DNA from: a virus
Taxonomy: Duplodnaviria > Caudoviricetes
Virus record (IMG/VR): IMGVR_UViG_3300017963_000286
Span: 1 to 63,440 of that record
Strand: one strand, 5' to 3'
Length of the DNA: 63,440 bases
In this document: piece after piece, positions 37,805 to 47,840 of the stretch
How the letters are laid out: each line of letters begins with the position of its first letter
How positions within the stretch are numbered: position 1 is the first letter of the stretch
Program-made: the position numbers and the translations under genes
Notes under the pieces: generated by a model
The model's input: the letters and a program-made list of their open reading frames with translations, nothing else
What the model was told of the DNA's origin: nothing
The model's database searches: none

Positions 37805-38917
37805 TCAGCTCGTGACCTCCTTGACCCACGGCAACAGATCGACACGACCAAGCATGGCGTGGGCGAACACCTCGGCCCAGAACTCGCCGGAATTGACCAA
37901 GGCATACGAGGACACGGCGAATGGGTGCTTAGGAGGAAGGGGCGGTCCATCAACGATGTCGTAATCGGAGATCCCCTCTCCCGCTCGCCAGGTGGAACGC
38001 AAGCCAGCGGGGCGGTTCGCTTCGTGCTCATAGTTGCCGCGATACTGCAGCTTGCCTCGAGCGAATTCGACAGCCGTGATGACCAGGACCTCGCCGCTCT
38101 TAGGGTTACGCACCTTGTGCCCTACCTGGAGCCTCGGGCGGTCCTTCTTGACCTCTTGAAACATGCGCTCGATTTCAGGGCGGTTCAGCTTGAACTTGTG
38201 ATAGAGGCGGTGCCCGAGCTCGTGCATCGCGGTTCGCACGACGCGATCGTCAGTCTCGCTCTTGAGGGTGATCCGGATCTGGTCGGTATCCGGGGCATAG
38301 TCGGCTAGGAGAGTCCGCTTGGTGCCGCCCTTTGAGGCGAGGATGACCTCCCCATAGCAGAGGTAGCCAAACCCATGTGACTTGAGGATGGACGCGGCCT
38401 TCGTCAGAATCTTCTGGATTCTCGCCTCATCCTTGCTCGATGCCCCGATGACCTTGAAGCAGGATGCCTGGAGCGCCCCTTCGCTGTCGCCGAGATTACT
38501 GTGGATCTCGGGGAAGGCGAACTTGAACATGACCGTCGACATGCCCTCCTTGTTCAGAAACAGCTTGATTAGGTCCTTCTCGCTGATCCCCGTGGCGACA
38601 CTTTTACTTATGCCCCTCTGCTGCGCATAGGTCGCTGCGATGGCGAATAGCTTCTCCGGGGTCGGGGCGTTAAGCGCGGCAGCCAGAGTGCTGAGCACTG
38701 TATGCCCGAAGACATTGTTGTTTTTCAAAATCAGAACATCGTACTTTTTGGCATCGGCGCGAACCATCGCCAGAGCCCCTCGGCCCCGGCCGTAAAGGAA
38801 GAGGAGCCCATCTTTTTCCTTTTTGCCGGAGTAGTCGCGCTCCGTCAGATGGCCGAGGAAGGTCGTGACCTGGATGCTGTTTCCCAGATACGGCTTACCG
38901 AAACCCCATCCCCACAT
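37805..38917 (-). CDS. zincin-type metallopeptidase domain protein
   Basis: MHELGH...VSSYALVNSGEFWAE. Confidence 0.75.
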   Translation of the reverse strand: MWGWGFGKPYLGNSIQVTTFLGHLTERDYSGKKEKDGLLFLYGRGRGALAMVRADAKKYDVLILKNNNVFGHTVLSTLAAALNAPTPEKLFAIAATYAQQRGISKSVATGISEKDLIKLFLNKEGMSTVMFKFAFPEIHSNLGDSEGALQASCFKVIGASSKDEARIQKILTKAASILKSHGFGYLCYGEVILASKGGTKRTLLADYAPDTDQIRITLKSETDDRVVRTAMHELGHRLYHKFKLNRPEIERMFQEVKKDRPRLQVGHKVRNPKSGEVLVITAVEFARGKLQYRGNYEHEANRPAGLRSTWRAGEGISDYDIVDGPPLPPKHPFAVSSYALVNSGEFWAEVFAHAMLGRVDLLPWVKEVTS

Positions 38918-38940
38918 TTCGATGGCTCCCTTTTGTCCAC

Positions 38941-38956
38941 GCGAACGCGCGTTCGT
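38941..38956. repeat. dispersed palindrome copy GCGAACGCGCGTTCGT
   Basis: Intergenic, 24 nt upstream of the zincin start. Confidence 0.9.
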
Positions 38957-39322
38957 TCACTCAAGTCGGTCGATGATATCCGAAAGCGAGTCAGGAAGAG
39001 ATTCCGGATCCGGTCTCGATACCGCGAGACCGGCTTCGCAAAATGGACACATGGCGAATGCCTCGGCGATATCGAAGATCCAATGCTGGAGGGTCTTTAC
39101 CTCCTGCGCGGTCTCTTGCCCGCACTCCGGGCAAACGTAGACCAAAATCAGCATCAATCTTCCGTGGACTGCCGCATCATCCATTTTAACTCCCGTGACG
39201 CGGCGGCAAGTCCCGCTTGTCGTGCCTGGGAAGGCGCCAACACATATTGCCGAGATTCCATCCGGCGAGAAACCCGACGCATCCGACAACGACATAAAAG
39301 ATCACGCCGATCATAAATTCTA

Positions 39323-39661
39323 TCATCTGATCCCCGTGAGTTCTTGGGACTCGGCCTGAGAGCTGGCGACCCTCTTCAGGAACTCCTCGGTGCGACTCGT
39401 GTCGATCCCGCGTGGCCACACCTGCATGCGGATTTCACACTCGCGGATTCGGTAGAAGAGAGCCCAGAAGGTGTGGGCAGAAATGAGTTTGAAGTCACCC
39501 ATGCCGGTACTGATAACCGCGTCGCTCTGTACCGTTGCCATCCATGACACGTCGGAGCTTTCCACACCGCTGTCAAAGCCATGGCGGTATGCGGTCCAGA
39601 TCAGAAAAACGACGAGCCCCACCAAGACAATCGCCAACGGGATCGTGATCTCGACGACCAT
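39323..39661 (-). CDS. membrane-anchored hypothetical protein
   Basis: N-terminal hydrophobic helix. Confidence 0.55.
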   Translation of the reverse strand: MVVEITIPLAIVLVGLVVFLIWTAYRHGFDSGVESSDVSWMATVQSDAVISTGMGDFKLISAHTFWALFYRIRECEIRMQVWPRGIDTSRTEEFLKRVASSQAESQELTGIR

Positions 39662-39737
39662 AAGGCCCGGCCCTCCCCTTGATTGTCAAATGCGGATGCC
39701 TTCAGCGTAGCATGGCCGGGCAATGGCTGCGCGAGGA

Positions 39738-40352
39738 TCAGTCGTCGCCGAAACTGGCGCTAGCGTCGGAGGAGTAGGAGCCGCCGCTGTCGGGCGCGCC
39801 GTCGTCGGGGTCTGCAGTTGGCGGCGCCTGACCGTCGTCGTCGAAGGCCGCGCTCGCCAGGGCGCCCATCGCCAGGCCCCCGACCATGCCGGCAACAGCG
39901 GCCGTTCCTGGGGCCACACGGGCCGATTCTGAGGCCGCCCCGCCGCCCAGGGGGTCGTCACGCCTGGAGACCAAGTATTTGACCACCAGCCCCCTGAGAA
40001 CCAGGCCGATCCCCACGATCGCCACAGGCGCAATAATCCAGTAGGTGATCCCCCCACCCTCGGGCGGATCTGCGACCTTGGCCGGCGTCAGGGCGAGCTC
40101 GCTGGCCTCGGTCACTTCATTGATCTGATAGCCGCGCGGAACCAGGACCACCGGCCTACCCTTTGCCTCACTCCAGGAGAGCGTCGGCTTCTCGACAAGG
40201 CCCTCGTAGACCTCCGTGGTGTCGTTATTCAAAGCGCCCTCGGGGCAGGCGTCGACCTTTTCTGCAAGACGCACGATGAAGCGGTCGCCTGCTTTGACAA
40301 CCTCACGGACAGGATAGGTCGTGAACTTGTCGAGCGTGCAAGTGGTCGTCAT
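39738..40352 (-). CDS. membrane protein with low-complexity Gly/Asp/Ser tail
   Basis: TM segment ITYWIIAPVAIVGIGLVL. Confidence 0.6.
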   Translation of the reverse strand: MTTTCTLDKFTTYPVREVVKAGDRFIVRLAEKVDACPEGALNNDTTEVYEGLVEKPTLSWSEAKGRPVVLVPRGYQINEVTEASELALTPAKVADPPEGGGITYWIIAPVAIVGIGLVLRGLVVKYLVSRRDDPLGGGAASESARVAPGTAAVAGMVGGLAMGALASAAFDDDGQAPPTADPDDGAPDSGGSYSSDASASFGDD

Positions 40353-40387
40353 TGAATTTCGCCTCCGCGACGATGGCTCGCATTACT

Positions 40388-40720
40388 TTACGACGCCGAG
40401 GCGCGCCTTACCAGAAGAGCCACCGCCGCATCCTCCCGTACATGGGGGTTAGCGCGCCGCCAGCTTCCTAGATGCCCGATCTCGAGATGGCAGCTGCGCT
40501 TGCCGTCACAGAGCGTAATGAAATTGCTCGGCACCAGCTCAAGCGAACGATCCTGACTCACGGGCACTATGTGATGCACCTCGAGCTTCTCCGACGTGCC
40601 GCAGGCGCAGCAGTTCGGTTCTATGGCCAAGTGCTGCTTGCGAGCGGCTCGCCATAGGGGGGATCGGCGGACAATCGGCTTCCCGGCCAGAAAGTCTCGG
40701 GCCAGCTTCATCAACCGCAT
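40388..40720 (-). CDS. HNH endonuclease
   Basis: CCACG, LEVHHIVP, NFITLC...CH. Confidence 0.85.
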   Translation of the reverse strand: MRLMKLARDFLAGKPIVRRSPLWRAARKQHLAIEPNCCACGTSEKLEVHHIVPVSQDRSLELVPSNFITLCDGKRSCHLEIGHLGSWRRANPHVREDAAVALLVRRASAS

Positions 40721-40950
40721 CGGTTCTCCCCTCCATCACTATTACAATCAAGCCACTGGACCACCGTTCTCCCGCCGTGCTCATGAATGGTAATAAGGGT
40801 TTCAATGTCATCATAGATGGCGACTGAAGTATACCGAGTCAGCCAATTAAGAGCGCACTTGCCGTTGGCGAACTGAACCCCCTCGGCGACAACGCCCGTG
40901 CCACTCACGCCACTTACGTCTTCTCGGCGGACGAGATGAAAGAGCCTCAT
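40711..40950 (-). CDS. conserved small phage protein
   Basis: EDVSGVSGTGVVAEGVQF...IHEHGGRT. Confidence 0.7.
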   Translation of the reverse strand: MRLFHLVRREDVSGVSGTGVVAEGVQFANGKCALNWLTRYTSVAIYDDIETLITIHEHGGRTVVQWLDCNSDGGENRCG

Positions 40951-41738
40951 GGTGCCTCCTGAGCTTCGACATCGATCGTCTCGGCTTCTTCTGCGGCCTG
41001 CCGTTCTTCGCGACGCTGCAGCTCTTCCGCCTTTTCGGCGTTGAGATTCAATATCTCGGACAATTTCTCGGAATTGCCTCGACGGACACGCTCGAGGGCG
41101 TTAAGGATGCGGCGGCGACTCTCGTCGCTCATTATCGCACGGGCCGCTGACGATCCATAACGCTGCTCATATGTCTGGCGCAGAAAATCCAGCTGGGCGA
41201 TTACCTCGCCAGGTCCCTTGTTGCCACTGCTGGACGGCGGAGGCGGGGCGTACCGACGCTTCTTCGTGTCGATCTCGGCCATGGTTTTCAGGATGTCATG
41301 ACTCAAACGAATGGCGTCGTTGTTGAGCTTGGTCATACGGCCTGAGCGTTTTTCGGACACATAAAGGTCCCGGACGCGGTCGAGCTGAAACGCCAAAAGC
41401 ATATTGAGCCCATCCAGGGGATCGACCCGCCCCGGGGTAGAACTGATCAGCGGAACGTGCCCGACCGGAGCTCGCTCCCCGACAGACGCCTTGTCTCGCT
41501 TGATCCAATAGTAAATCGCCGATTCAACGGCGGCCTGGGTCGACTCGAGATATTCCCCGCGACCGTGAATGTAAATCGCGATCTTGGAGGCCGACTCTCC
41601 GTTTTCGATCATCGTCAAAACATCGGGCCAGCACTTCAGTCGCTCGAGCTTATAGGCCGTATAACGAGTTTTTGTCGGGCGGGGTGTGTCCTGGTGTGCC
41701 GGCGGTGCCGGGACAACATTCTGTTGGTCGTCGCTCAA
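40947..41738 (-). CDS. helical protein, candidate small terminase subunit
   Basis: HTH-like N-terminus plus helical region and ETIDVEA tail; function inferred. Confidence 0.45.
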   Translation of the reverse strand: MSDDQQNVVPAPPAHQDTPRPTKTRYTAYKLERLKCWPDVLTMIENGESASKIAIYIHGRGEYLESTQAAVESAIYYWIKRDKASVGERAPVGHVPLISSTPGRVDPLDGLNMLLAFQLDRVRDLYVSEKRSGRMTKLNNDAIRLSHDILKTMAEIDTKKRRYAPPPPSSSGNKGPGEVIAQLDFLRQTYEQRYGSSAARAIMSDESRRRILNALERVRRGNSEKLSEILNLNAEKAEELQRREERQAAEEAETIDVEAQEAP

Positions 41739-42204
41739 GATTTATCTCCAGTGCCGCGCGCGTCACGGTTCGGAAAGACCGGAGCGGCAGTCATCGTAGC
41801 CGTCTGCGACGCCAACCTTGTAGGCGACGAATGGGGCGAGACACAGGAACAGAAATGCTATCCCCCAAGCCCATTTATCGCATTCCGGATGATTTTGATT
41901 CTGGTTCATGGTCGCCTCCTGATCGGGGTTACCTCGGCCCCATCCAATCGCCTGAGGTCCTTACGATTGGCCCAGACTTCGAACAGGTAAATGACCGAGA
42001 CATCATATCCGACAATCGTTCTCGCGGTCTTCTCAGCGACGGCTCGAGTTCGCCGCAACACGAGCTCGAAACGATCAATCGGTCTGTATCCCATTTCGAG
42101 AAGCTTCGTCGGAACGAGCTGAGCGGCGGAGTGATAGACGCTACTCGGATGGTGCGATGTTAGCTCGAATTCTAAAATCAAATCATCCATCCAGTCGTCC
42201 CCCT

Positions 42205-42459
42205 TCATAACGTCATTGTTATCTCGATCAACTCCTGATTGATGATGCACGCGACAGCAGCGATATAGCTCGCGACTTGATCGACGCCCGGCGCGGTCGA
42301 CCCTGCCTCCCAGGACAGGACCACCGACTCCGACACGCCAACCTTTCTGGCCACCTCGCGGGGAGAAAGGCCGGAAGATGCCCTGAGGCTCCTTAGCCGA
42401 ACACCGATGACCCTCATGGCATTCTGCCTCGTCAACTTCGTCAATTCGTAAACGTCCAC
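42205..42459 (-). CDS. XRE-family HTH protein
   Basis: LRSLRASSGLSPREVARKVGVSESVVLSWEAG. Confidence 0.85.
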   Translation of the reverse strand: MDVYELTKLTRQNAMRVIGVRLRSLRASSGLSPREVARKVGVSESVVLSWEAGSTAPGVDQVASYIAAVACIINQELIEITMTL

Positions 42460-42959
42460 TTCACGGCCTCTTCGCTACTGTCACGACGACTTCGTGAGCT
42501 AGATAATCATACTTCACTGCAGACACTGTTCCGGTGATCGTGCGCCCCCCAGACAGATTGAAGCAAGCGAGCGCTCCAACCGATGGGATCGGGTGACAAT
42601 ATGCGGCGAGCGTCAGCGTCTCGCGCTCTTTTGTCGGGGTCTGCAAAACCAGATGCCAACTGTCCAGATTCATTTCATTTGTTCTCCGGGGGGTTGAGCC
42701 TTTGAATCCCATAGTCGGGATCGCCATCTCAAGCTGGCGCATCCAATCCACGACAGGAGATCGCGACAGCGCTCGCGTCACAACCGCGAAGCAGAATTCG
42801 CAATCGGCGGGCGTATCGCAAAGGCCGTCAGCGTGAATGATGCAGGCATACCGCATCACGCCCTGAAGGTCGCCGTGAAGTACCTCTGCTACTTCAGCGT
42901 GACCTTCAAAATACGAAGCGATTTTGATCACCCTGCCGCGACGGGGGCGCCGCCGCTTG

Positions 42960-43277
42960 TCACCCGATCCGACCGACCGCGACATGCTCCCCGCCAACCA
43001 GATTTGCTTGCTTGAGTGTGTCCGATGGTCGCAGGAATCGACGGCCGTTGTCTACGAAGAACGTCCAGATGCCTAGGCCGTCGTCCTGGAGCCTGAGCGC
43101 CGCCGCAGCCTGCTCGGCCGCTATCTCGACAGTGGAGTCGTCATCGAAGAAGGCGACGACCTTTTTGTCCCCCTTGGCCGACCAGCATACGAGCTTCACC
43201 TTGGGCCTCCTCTCGCCTCTCCTTGAGGCCGGGACGAAGGCGCTCGATCGACTGGCGCTCGATCGACTGGCGCTCAT
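42960..43277 (-). CDS. putative ubiquitin-like (beta-grasp, EsaB/YukD-like) protein ending in Gly
   Basis: KVKLV..VVAF.DDSTVE..A..L...LRPSDTLKQANLVGGEHVAVGRIG. Confidence 0.5.
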   Translation of the reverse strand: MSASRSSASRSSAFVPASRRGERRPKVKLVCWSAKGDKKVVAFFDDDSTVEIAAEQAAAALRLQDDGLGIWTFFVDNGRRFLRPSDTLKQANLVGGEHVAVGRIG

Positions 43278-43540
43278 CGGCACGGGCTCTCGTTCATAAT
43301 GCTCACCGCAGCCATTACGTTGTCGACCTCGATGGCCGACCGAATCCAATCCGTGCTCAGGCATTCAACGACAGCTAAATTTGGCCGCCGTCCTTTCAAG
43401 CTGCTGAGATAGTGGTTCAAATCCGAATACATCGTGCCGCCTAGTCTTTTCAGAATGACCTCCGTTATCGGCGGAATAAAAAGCGAACGCGCGTTCGCGC
43501 CATCGCGCTGGACGAAGGCTACCCAGGAACGGTGGGTCAT
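43274..43540 (-). CDS. hypothetical protein
   Basis: ATGA-coupled ORF. Confidence 0.45.
   Translation of the reverse strand: MTHRSWVAFVQRDGANARSLFIPPITEVILKRLGGTMYSDLNHYLSSLKGRRPNLAVVECLSTDWIRSAIEVDNVMAAVSIMNESPCR
43483..43498. repeat. dispersed palindrome copy GCGAACGCGCGTTCGC (perfect)
   Basis: In CDS (reads NARS). Confidence 0.9.
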
Positions 43541-43873
43541 GGGTCCTCGCCGTCGTCACAGATATCGCGGATCGCATCGGCATACTGCGAGATCGTCAGC
43601 TGGCGGCGGTGATAGGCTTCAGAAAGGATCTCCCGAGCGTGCTCGGGAGTGCCGGCCGCCATCGCCTTGATGAGCACGGAGTCCTTGACTGAATCCTCGG
43701 TCATGAGAGCCCCCCAAACAGAGCCTCAAGAAGGCCGCCGATCGCGATTAGCCCGACAAACGCCCAGACCAGCCCCATGAACAGTATGCTCGCCATGGCA
43801 GCGCCTCCACGTTTGGGATCGATCCTAACCATGAGCATAACAGATTGACGGCTAAATCTCCGCTGGGACGAGC

Positions 43874-44155
43874 TTACGCTGGCTCATAGGTAAGCTCGAA
43901 GATATCTGGTTTGCATGGGTAGACTTCCCCTTTAATACCCATGATCACCCAATCACCTACTTGCGCGGTCATCCTACCCTCTAGCGTCTGTATGCAGAGA
44001 GAGCTGTCTATGCCATCGGCAGCATCGTCATAGTCGGCAGAAGACATCACGGGGATATCAATGTCCCTGTGATGTCTGAACGGTTCCGGTATCTCCCACG
44101 ATTTACCGGACCATTTGAAGGCTTCGATGACTACTGGTTTCTTGCGGTATTTCAT
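43874..44155 (-). CDS. PGDYG-like conserved phage protein
   Basis: MKYRKKPVVIEA...TLEG...GDWVI.GIKGEVYPCKPDIF. Confidence 0.8.
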   Translation of the reverse strand: MKYRKKPVVIEAFKWSGKSWEIPEPFRHHRDIDIPVMSSADYDDAADGIDSSLCIQTLEGRMTAQVGDWVIMGIKGEVYPCKPDIFELTYEPA

Positions 44156-44369
44156 CCTACCCCCGGCTCTTCTCATTCATCACTGGTCTCCTCCTCCTTG
44201 CGTCCCAACTTCCGCTTTTCGTATTCGTTAGCAGCTTGAACGAGATTTTTGAGATACACCGTTTCTGCAGTCGCGGGGCCTTCTCGGAGAGCCGCCCCGA
44301 CCAACATCATGATCGCTGTCATGACATGGCCGTGCGCCGGATGAAGAGCCATTCGCGGGTTCGCGGTCG

Positions 44370-44834
44370 TCATAGATCCTCCTGAGATCGCCGTAATGCT
44401 TCCAGAGATCGCATCAGCTGCGCCCTCCTCTTTCCAAAAGGAGAATGAGTGACTTCCACCGAGCTCTCGCCGGGTTTAGCTCGCCTTTCCATTCGTGGAT
44501 CGATCACCGAAATGTCGACCCAAGGTCCACCCATATGAACCGTCCACGCCCGCCGGCCGAAGGGCTTCTCGGCGACCCGCTCGTCGAGGAATCCACCGAA
44601 CTCCTCGGCGATCATGGTAAGCAGCGCGCGGGCATCCGAAGCACCTTCGATCCACGGCACCGCGACGATGTCGCAGTCGCGCCGTAGGCTCCCGTGCAGC
44701 CCGAGGCACCAGCCTAGCTCGCGCGCCCGCTCGACCGCTCGCCCATAATAGGCGGCGTAGCACACCGGCAGGTGCGGCTTGTCACGCAGGTCTTCCGATG
44801 CCTTAGTCTCTCTCAAGAGCCCTCCAAATAACAA
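44370..44834 (-). CDS. minimal nucleotidyltransferase-like protein
   Basis: LHGSLRRDCDIVAVPW...WVDISV. Confidence 0.5.
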   Translation of the reverse strand: MLFGGLLRETKASEDLRDKPHLPVCYAAYYGRAVERARELGWCLGLHGSLRRDCDIVAVPWIEGASDARALLTMIAEEFGGFLDERVAEKPFGRRAWTVHMGGPWVDISVIDPRMERRAKPGESSVEVTHSPFGKRRAQLMRSLEALRRSQEDL

Positions 44835-44933
44835 CCAGCGCCGCCGTCACTGGATCAGCCCCTAGGTAACGAAGCACGATCCAGTCGTTCTTGATGGCGA
44901 CCAAATATGTCCAAATCCTCTTCATGAGTCGCC

Positions 44934-45242
44934 TCAAAGGCTGCCCTCGAACTCGTGCTTGTAGGTCTCGCCCTCGACGAAGGGGGCGTAGTTCTTGAAC
45001 ACCTTCTTGAGATCGACGCCGCAGAACGGGCAGAAGTTGAGTACCGACAGATAGCCGAGCTCAAGGTCGCCAAGCGCCATGGCAACATGCGGACTGCCAT
45101 CCCGACCCATCGGAACGTCCCTGCGGCTCCAAATCCAATTGCGGCGCATCGCCTGATAGAAAGGGCGGCACGCGGCGTCCGCCGAGCACTCGGCGCCTTC
45201 CACAACCTTGTGGGTGTGAATCTGAATCACCTTGTCGTTCAA
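44934..45242 (-). CDS. hypothetical Zn-ribbon protein
   Basis: NFCPFCG. Confidence 0.5.
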   Translation of the reverse strand: MNDKVIQIHTHKVVEGAECSADAACRPFYQAMRRNWIWSRRDVPMGRDGSPHVAMALGDLELGYLSVLNFCPFCGVDLKKVFKNYAPFVEGETYKHEFEGSL

Positions 45243-45542
45243 GTCCTTGTCCTTTCGAAGTCAAAACCGGCCTCACCCGCCTCTCCCTTCAGCGTGGACG
45301 CAGGGCCATCGAGGATGCAGCGAGCGTCCACTCGTCGTCGGTCATGCCGCCAATCAAATTTATGAATGCCCCAAGGGTGTGGTGCGTCGGCATCAAGACC
45401 TCGTCCCCCTCGCCGTTCCTGCCGATCAGGCACAAGTCAAACCCGGCCTCCTCCGTCAGCCCCATGACCCATGTCGTTTGGCCAACCTTGATTCGACCGC
45501 CATCCAGCAGAAATGTCAGAGCCCGGCCGGCGCGATGCGAAA

Positions 45543-45890
45543 TCATAATTCCCCTTCCTGGATGGCATACACCACGAATGCCCACGCCTCTTTGTCGTCA
45601 AAGCCCTCGGCTCTGCAAAGATCGAGCAATTTTTTCGCGTTACTCTTCTGATAAATACCCAGCAGCGCCTCGTAAGACGCCGACGAAACCAACGCATCGA
45701 CGCTGATCCCATGAAACTTCGCCGCAGCAGCATTAAGCGACGCCTGATCAAAAACCGGCTGACCGTCATCGAGCGCAGTGATTTTGGCTGCGAATGCGTC
45801 CCCATCCATTTTTTCTAATTTAGAACTGACTCGAAGCATCGCTAGCATCAGGTCCATCCTGCTGTAGGGACATTGAATTCCCATCGTCAA
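45543..45890 (-). CDS. hypothetical protein
   Basis: Coupled ORF. Confidence 0.5.
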   Translation of the reverse strand: MTMGIQCPYSRMDLMLAMLRVSSKLEKMDGDAFAAKITALDDGQPVFDQASLNAAAAKFHGISVDALVSSASYEALLGIYQKSNAKKLLDLCRAEGFDDKEAWAFVVYAIQEGEL

Positions 45891-46270
45891 GCTTCCCTTC
45901 TTCGTAAATCTGGAGCTCCGGCCAAATCCTGAGCGTGACGCAATCTTGCCTGCCTCTCGCGAGCCAGCTCGCCGTTGATCTGTCGGCGATAGAAAACGGG
46001 CGTCATAAATGTCACGATCTCCATCCAGTCCCTCCGAAAGATCACCACGATCGGCTCGGCGCTCACCGACTTATCCAGCACAAAATAAACCTCGGTGCCA
46101 TCCCCGACCCCGCGCTGCATCGCGACCAGCCAAGCGTTATGACCCGAATCGATCTGGCGATGAAAAGCTGCGCGCATCTTCGGCGTCAGCTCCTGACCAT
46201 ATCGCTCACGAAATCGCTTAGCCGAATGAACACGAATATGCTCCTTGTGTAGCGTTCCTCCGTCAGTCAA
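45887..46270 (-). CDS. hypothetical protein, possible RelE/DUF4258-like fold
   Basis: HSAKRFRERYG...IVTF. Confidence 0.5.
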   Translation of the reverse strand: MTDGGTLHKEHIRVHSAKRFRERYGQELTPKMRAAFHRQIDSGHNAWLVAMQRGVGDGTEVYFVLDKSVSAEPIVVIFRRDWMEIVTFMTPVFYRRQINGELARERQARLRHAQDLAGAPDLRRREA

Positions 46271-46722
46271 TCCGCCCCCCTTATCAACCGATCCGCCCTA
46301 TCTATCGCATCGACCACCGTTTTTTGCGTCAATCCCTGGCGTCTCTCCCGCAGTATCTTGCAAGCCCATCTGCCCTTCTGAACGCGCGACCTCACCCGGT
46401 TATCACATCGGCAGCACACGGACTTCGGAACCCAGGCCATGCCGTCTAGAACCGGATGATCCGAGCCATAAGACTCCACATCCGGGCAACAGTACGCGAG
46501 CGCATTGAGCTTGACGGCCACGCGTCTCCCGCGATCATCGTCCTTTGCGGAGATGACGCGACGAGCAAAATCGGTCGATTTGTCGCCACGACGCGCAGCG
46601 AAGTCAGCGATCATCCGCTCTAGTTGAGCCGGCGATTTGATAAAGACCCACCTATGGGTCCGGAGCCGTATCGCCCCGTCCTCGCTGGCGATGAGACTCT
46701 TGAAAAGGTGGGCGATACTCAT
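46267..46722 (-). CDS. Cys-rich hypothetical protein
   Basis: YCCP...CCRC...C. Confidence 0.5.
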   Translation of the reverse strand: MSIAHLFKSLIASEDGAIRLRTHRWVFIKSPAQLERMIADFAARRGDKSTDFARRVISAKDDDRGRRVAVKLNALAYCCPDVESYGSDHPVLDGMAWVPKSVCCRCDNRVRSRVQKGRWACKILRERRQGLTQKTVVDAIDRADRLIRGAD

Positions 46723-46932
46723 TGACGGACCACCGCAAACCAAACCACGGCGATCAGCGCGACTATAAGCGCCGACGTCATGATTCCGAAAACGACCGCA
46801 GCACACCCGCCAACGTCGCGCTTTGTCGCCTCTAACATTTCATCGTTGTTCTTCAAAAGTTACCCTCCGCCACTTGCCAGCATTCCAGTCCTAGTTCACG
46901 CCACATCTTGACATCGACGATGATGGCGGGTG

Positions 46933-47247
46933 TCATTGCATCTCCTGAATGCGCTTATTGAGCGTCGCCCCGAGCTGCTCCATAGCACCAGGGGCGTCGC
47001 GGTCGAAGAAGTCGATCGAGTGCGCGACCTTGCGCAGCGTCTCGGGGATCGGCGTACCATTGGGCGCCACCACCATGATTGGCTTGTCGAGCAAGATGGC
47101 CAGCCCGAGCTGAAGGACCGGAAGGGGCTCCTTGTGGTAGTTAGCGGAAAGCATCGATACGAAGATCCGGCTCTGCTCGATCTTCTCACGATTGCGCTTA
47201 ACGGCTTCTGAAAGCTCCCGCTCAAAATCCTGCATATTATCCTCCAA
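46933..47247 (-). CDS. small TIR/Rossmann-like hypothetical protein
   Basis: IEQSRIFVSMLSANY...LQLGLAILLDKPIMVV (TIR-like pattern, catalytic E replaced by Q). Confidence 0.45.
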   Translation of the reverse strand: MEDNMQDFERELSEAVKRNREKIEQSRIFVSMLSANYHKEPLPVLQLGLAILLDKPIMVVAPNGTPIPETLRKVAHSIDFFDRDAPGAMEQLGATLNKRIQEMQ

Positions 47248-47276
47248 AGTTATTTGGCCACAGCGGGTCGTGTCGA

Positions 47277-47828
47277 TCAGTACTCCGCCGCAGCATACCG
47301 CGCATCGCTTTCAACCATCTTCTCGAAACAGGCGCGACATGGACGATCGTTCTCGTCGCCGTAGTCGTCCCCACCAAGAGCCTTCAGGTCGTCGAGCGAA
47401 AGGGCGGGCTTCTTCTCGCAGCGATAGCAAGACGGGACGTGCGAACGCGCGTTCGCGGACATCGCCCCGACCTCACGGCACGCATCCGGCGAGACGCGGC
47501 CGAAGACAATCAGGGGGCGAAGCTCATCCGCCGTGAGCTTGGCGTCAGCCGCCTCACCGGATCGATCGCTGCCGCATAGGATGCCGCATCCGGCAAAGAA
47601 GGATTGATGCGGCGAGCGGGCGGGGCCATCCACCAGACGGACGATGAATCCATAGTCGACATCCTTGCATAGGCCGTCGCCGTCGACGTAGATGCAATCG
47701 TGGTTGTCGAAATAGACGGCGCCGTCGATCGAATCGCATTGGATGCGGTCGTAAATCGCCTGCAATGACCCATCCGTCTCGACGTCGACCACCCGCTGTC
47801 GATAGGCGTCAATCAATACCGCCTTCAT
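47277..47828 (-). CDS. DUF3846-like protein with C-terminal Zn finger
   Basis: SLQAIYDRI.C...IYVDGDGL; CYRC...CRAC. Confidence 0.6.
   Translation of the reverse strand: MKAVLIDAYRQRVVDVETDGSLQAIYDRIQCDSIDGAVYFDNHDCIYVDGDGLCKDVDYGFIVRLVDGPARSPHQSFFAGCGILCGSDRSGEAADAKLTADELRPLIVFGRVSPDACREVGAMSANARSHVPSCYRCEKKPALSLDDLKALGGDDYGDENDRPCRACFEKMVESDARYAAAEY
47441..47456. repeat. dispersed palindrome copy GCGAACGCGCGTTCGC (perfect)
   Basis: In CDS at a domain junction (reads NARS). Confidence 0.9.
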
Positions 47829-47840
47829 AATCCCTCCGTG

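Noticed and set aside
43241-43275. 15-bp tandem repeat cgctcgatcgactgg (about 2.3 copies)
   Set aside because: A simple in-frame duplication (SASRS), not a CRISPR or regulatory array.
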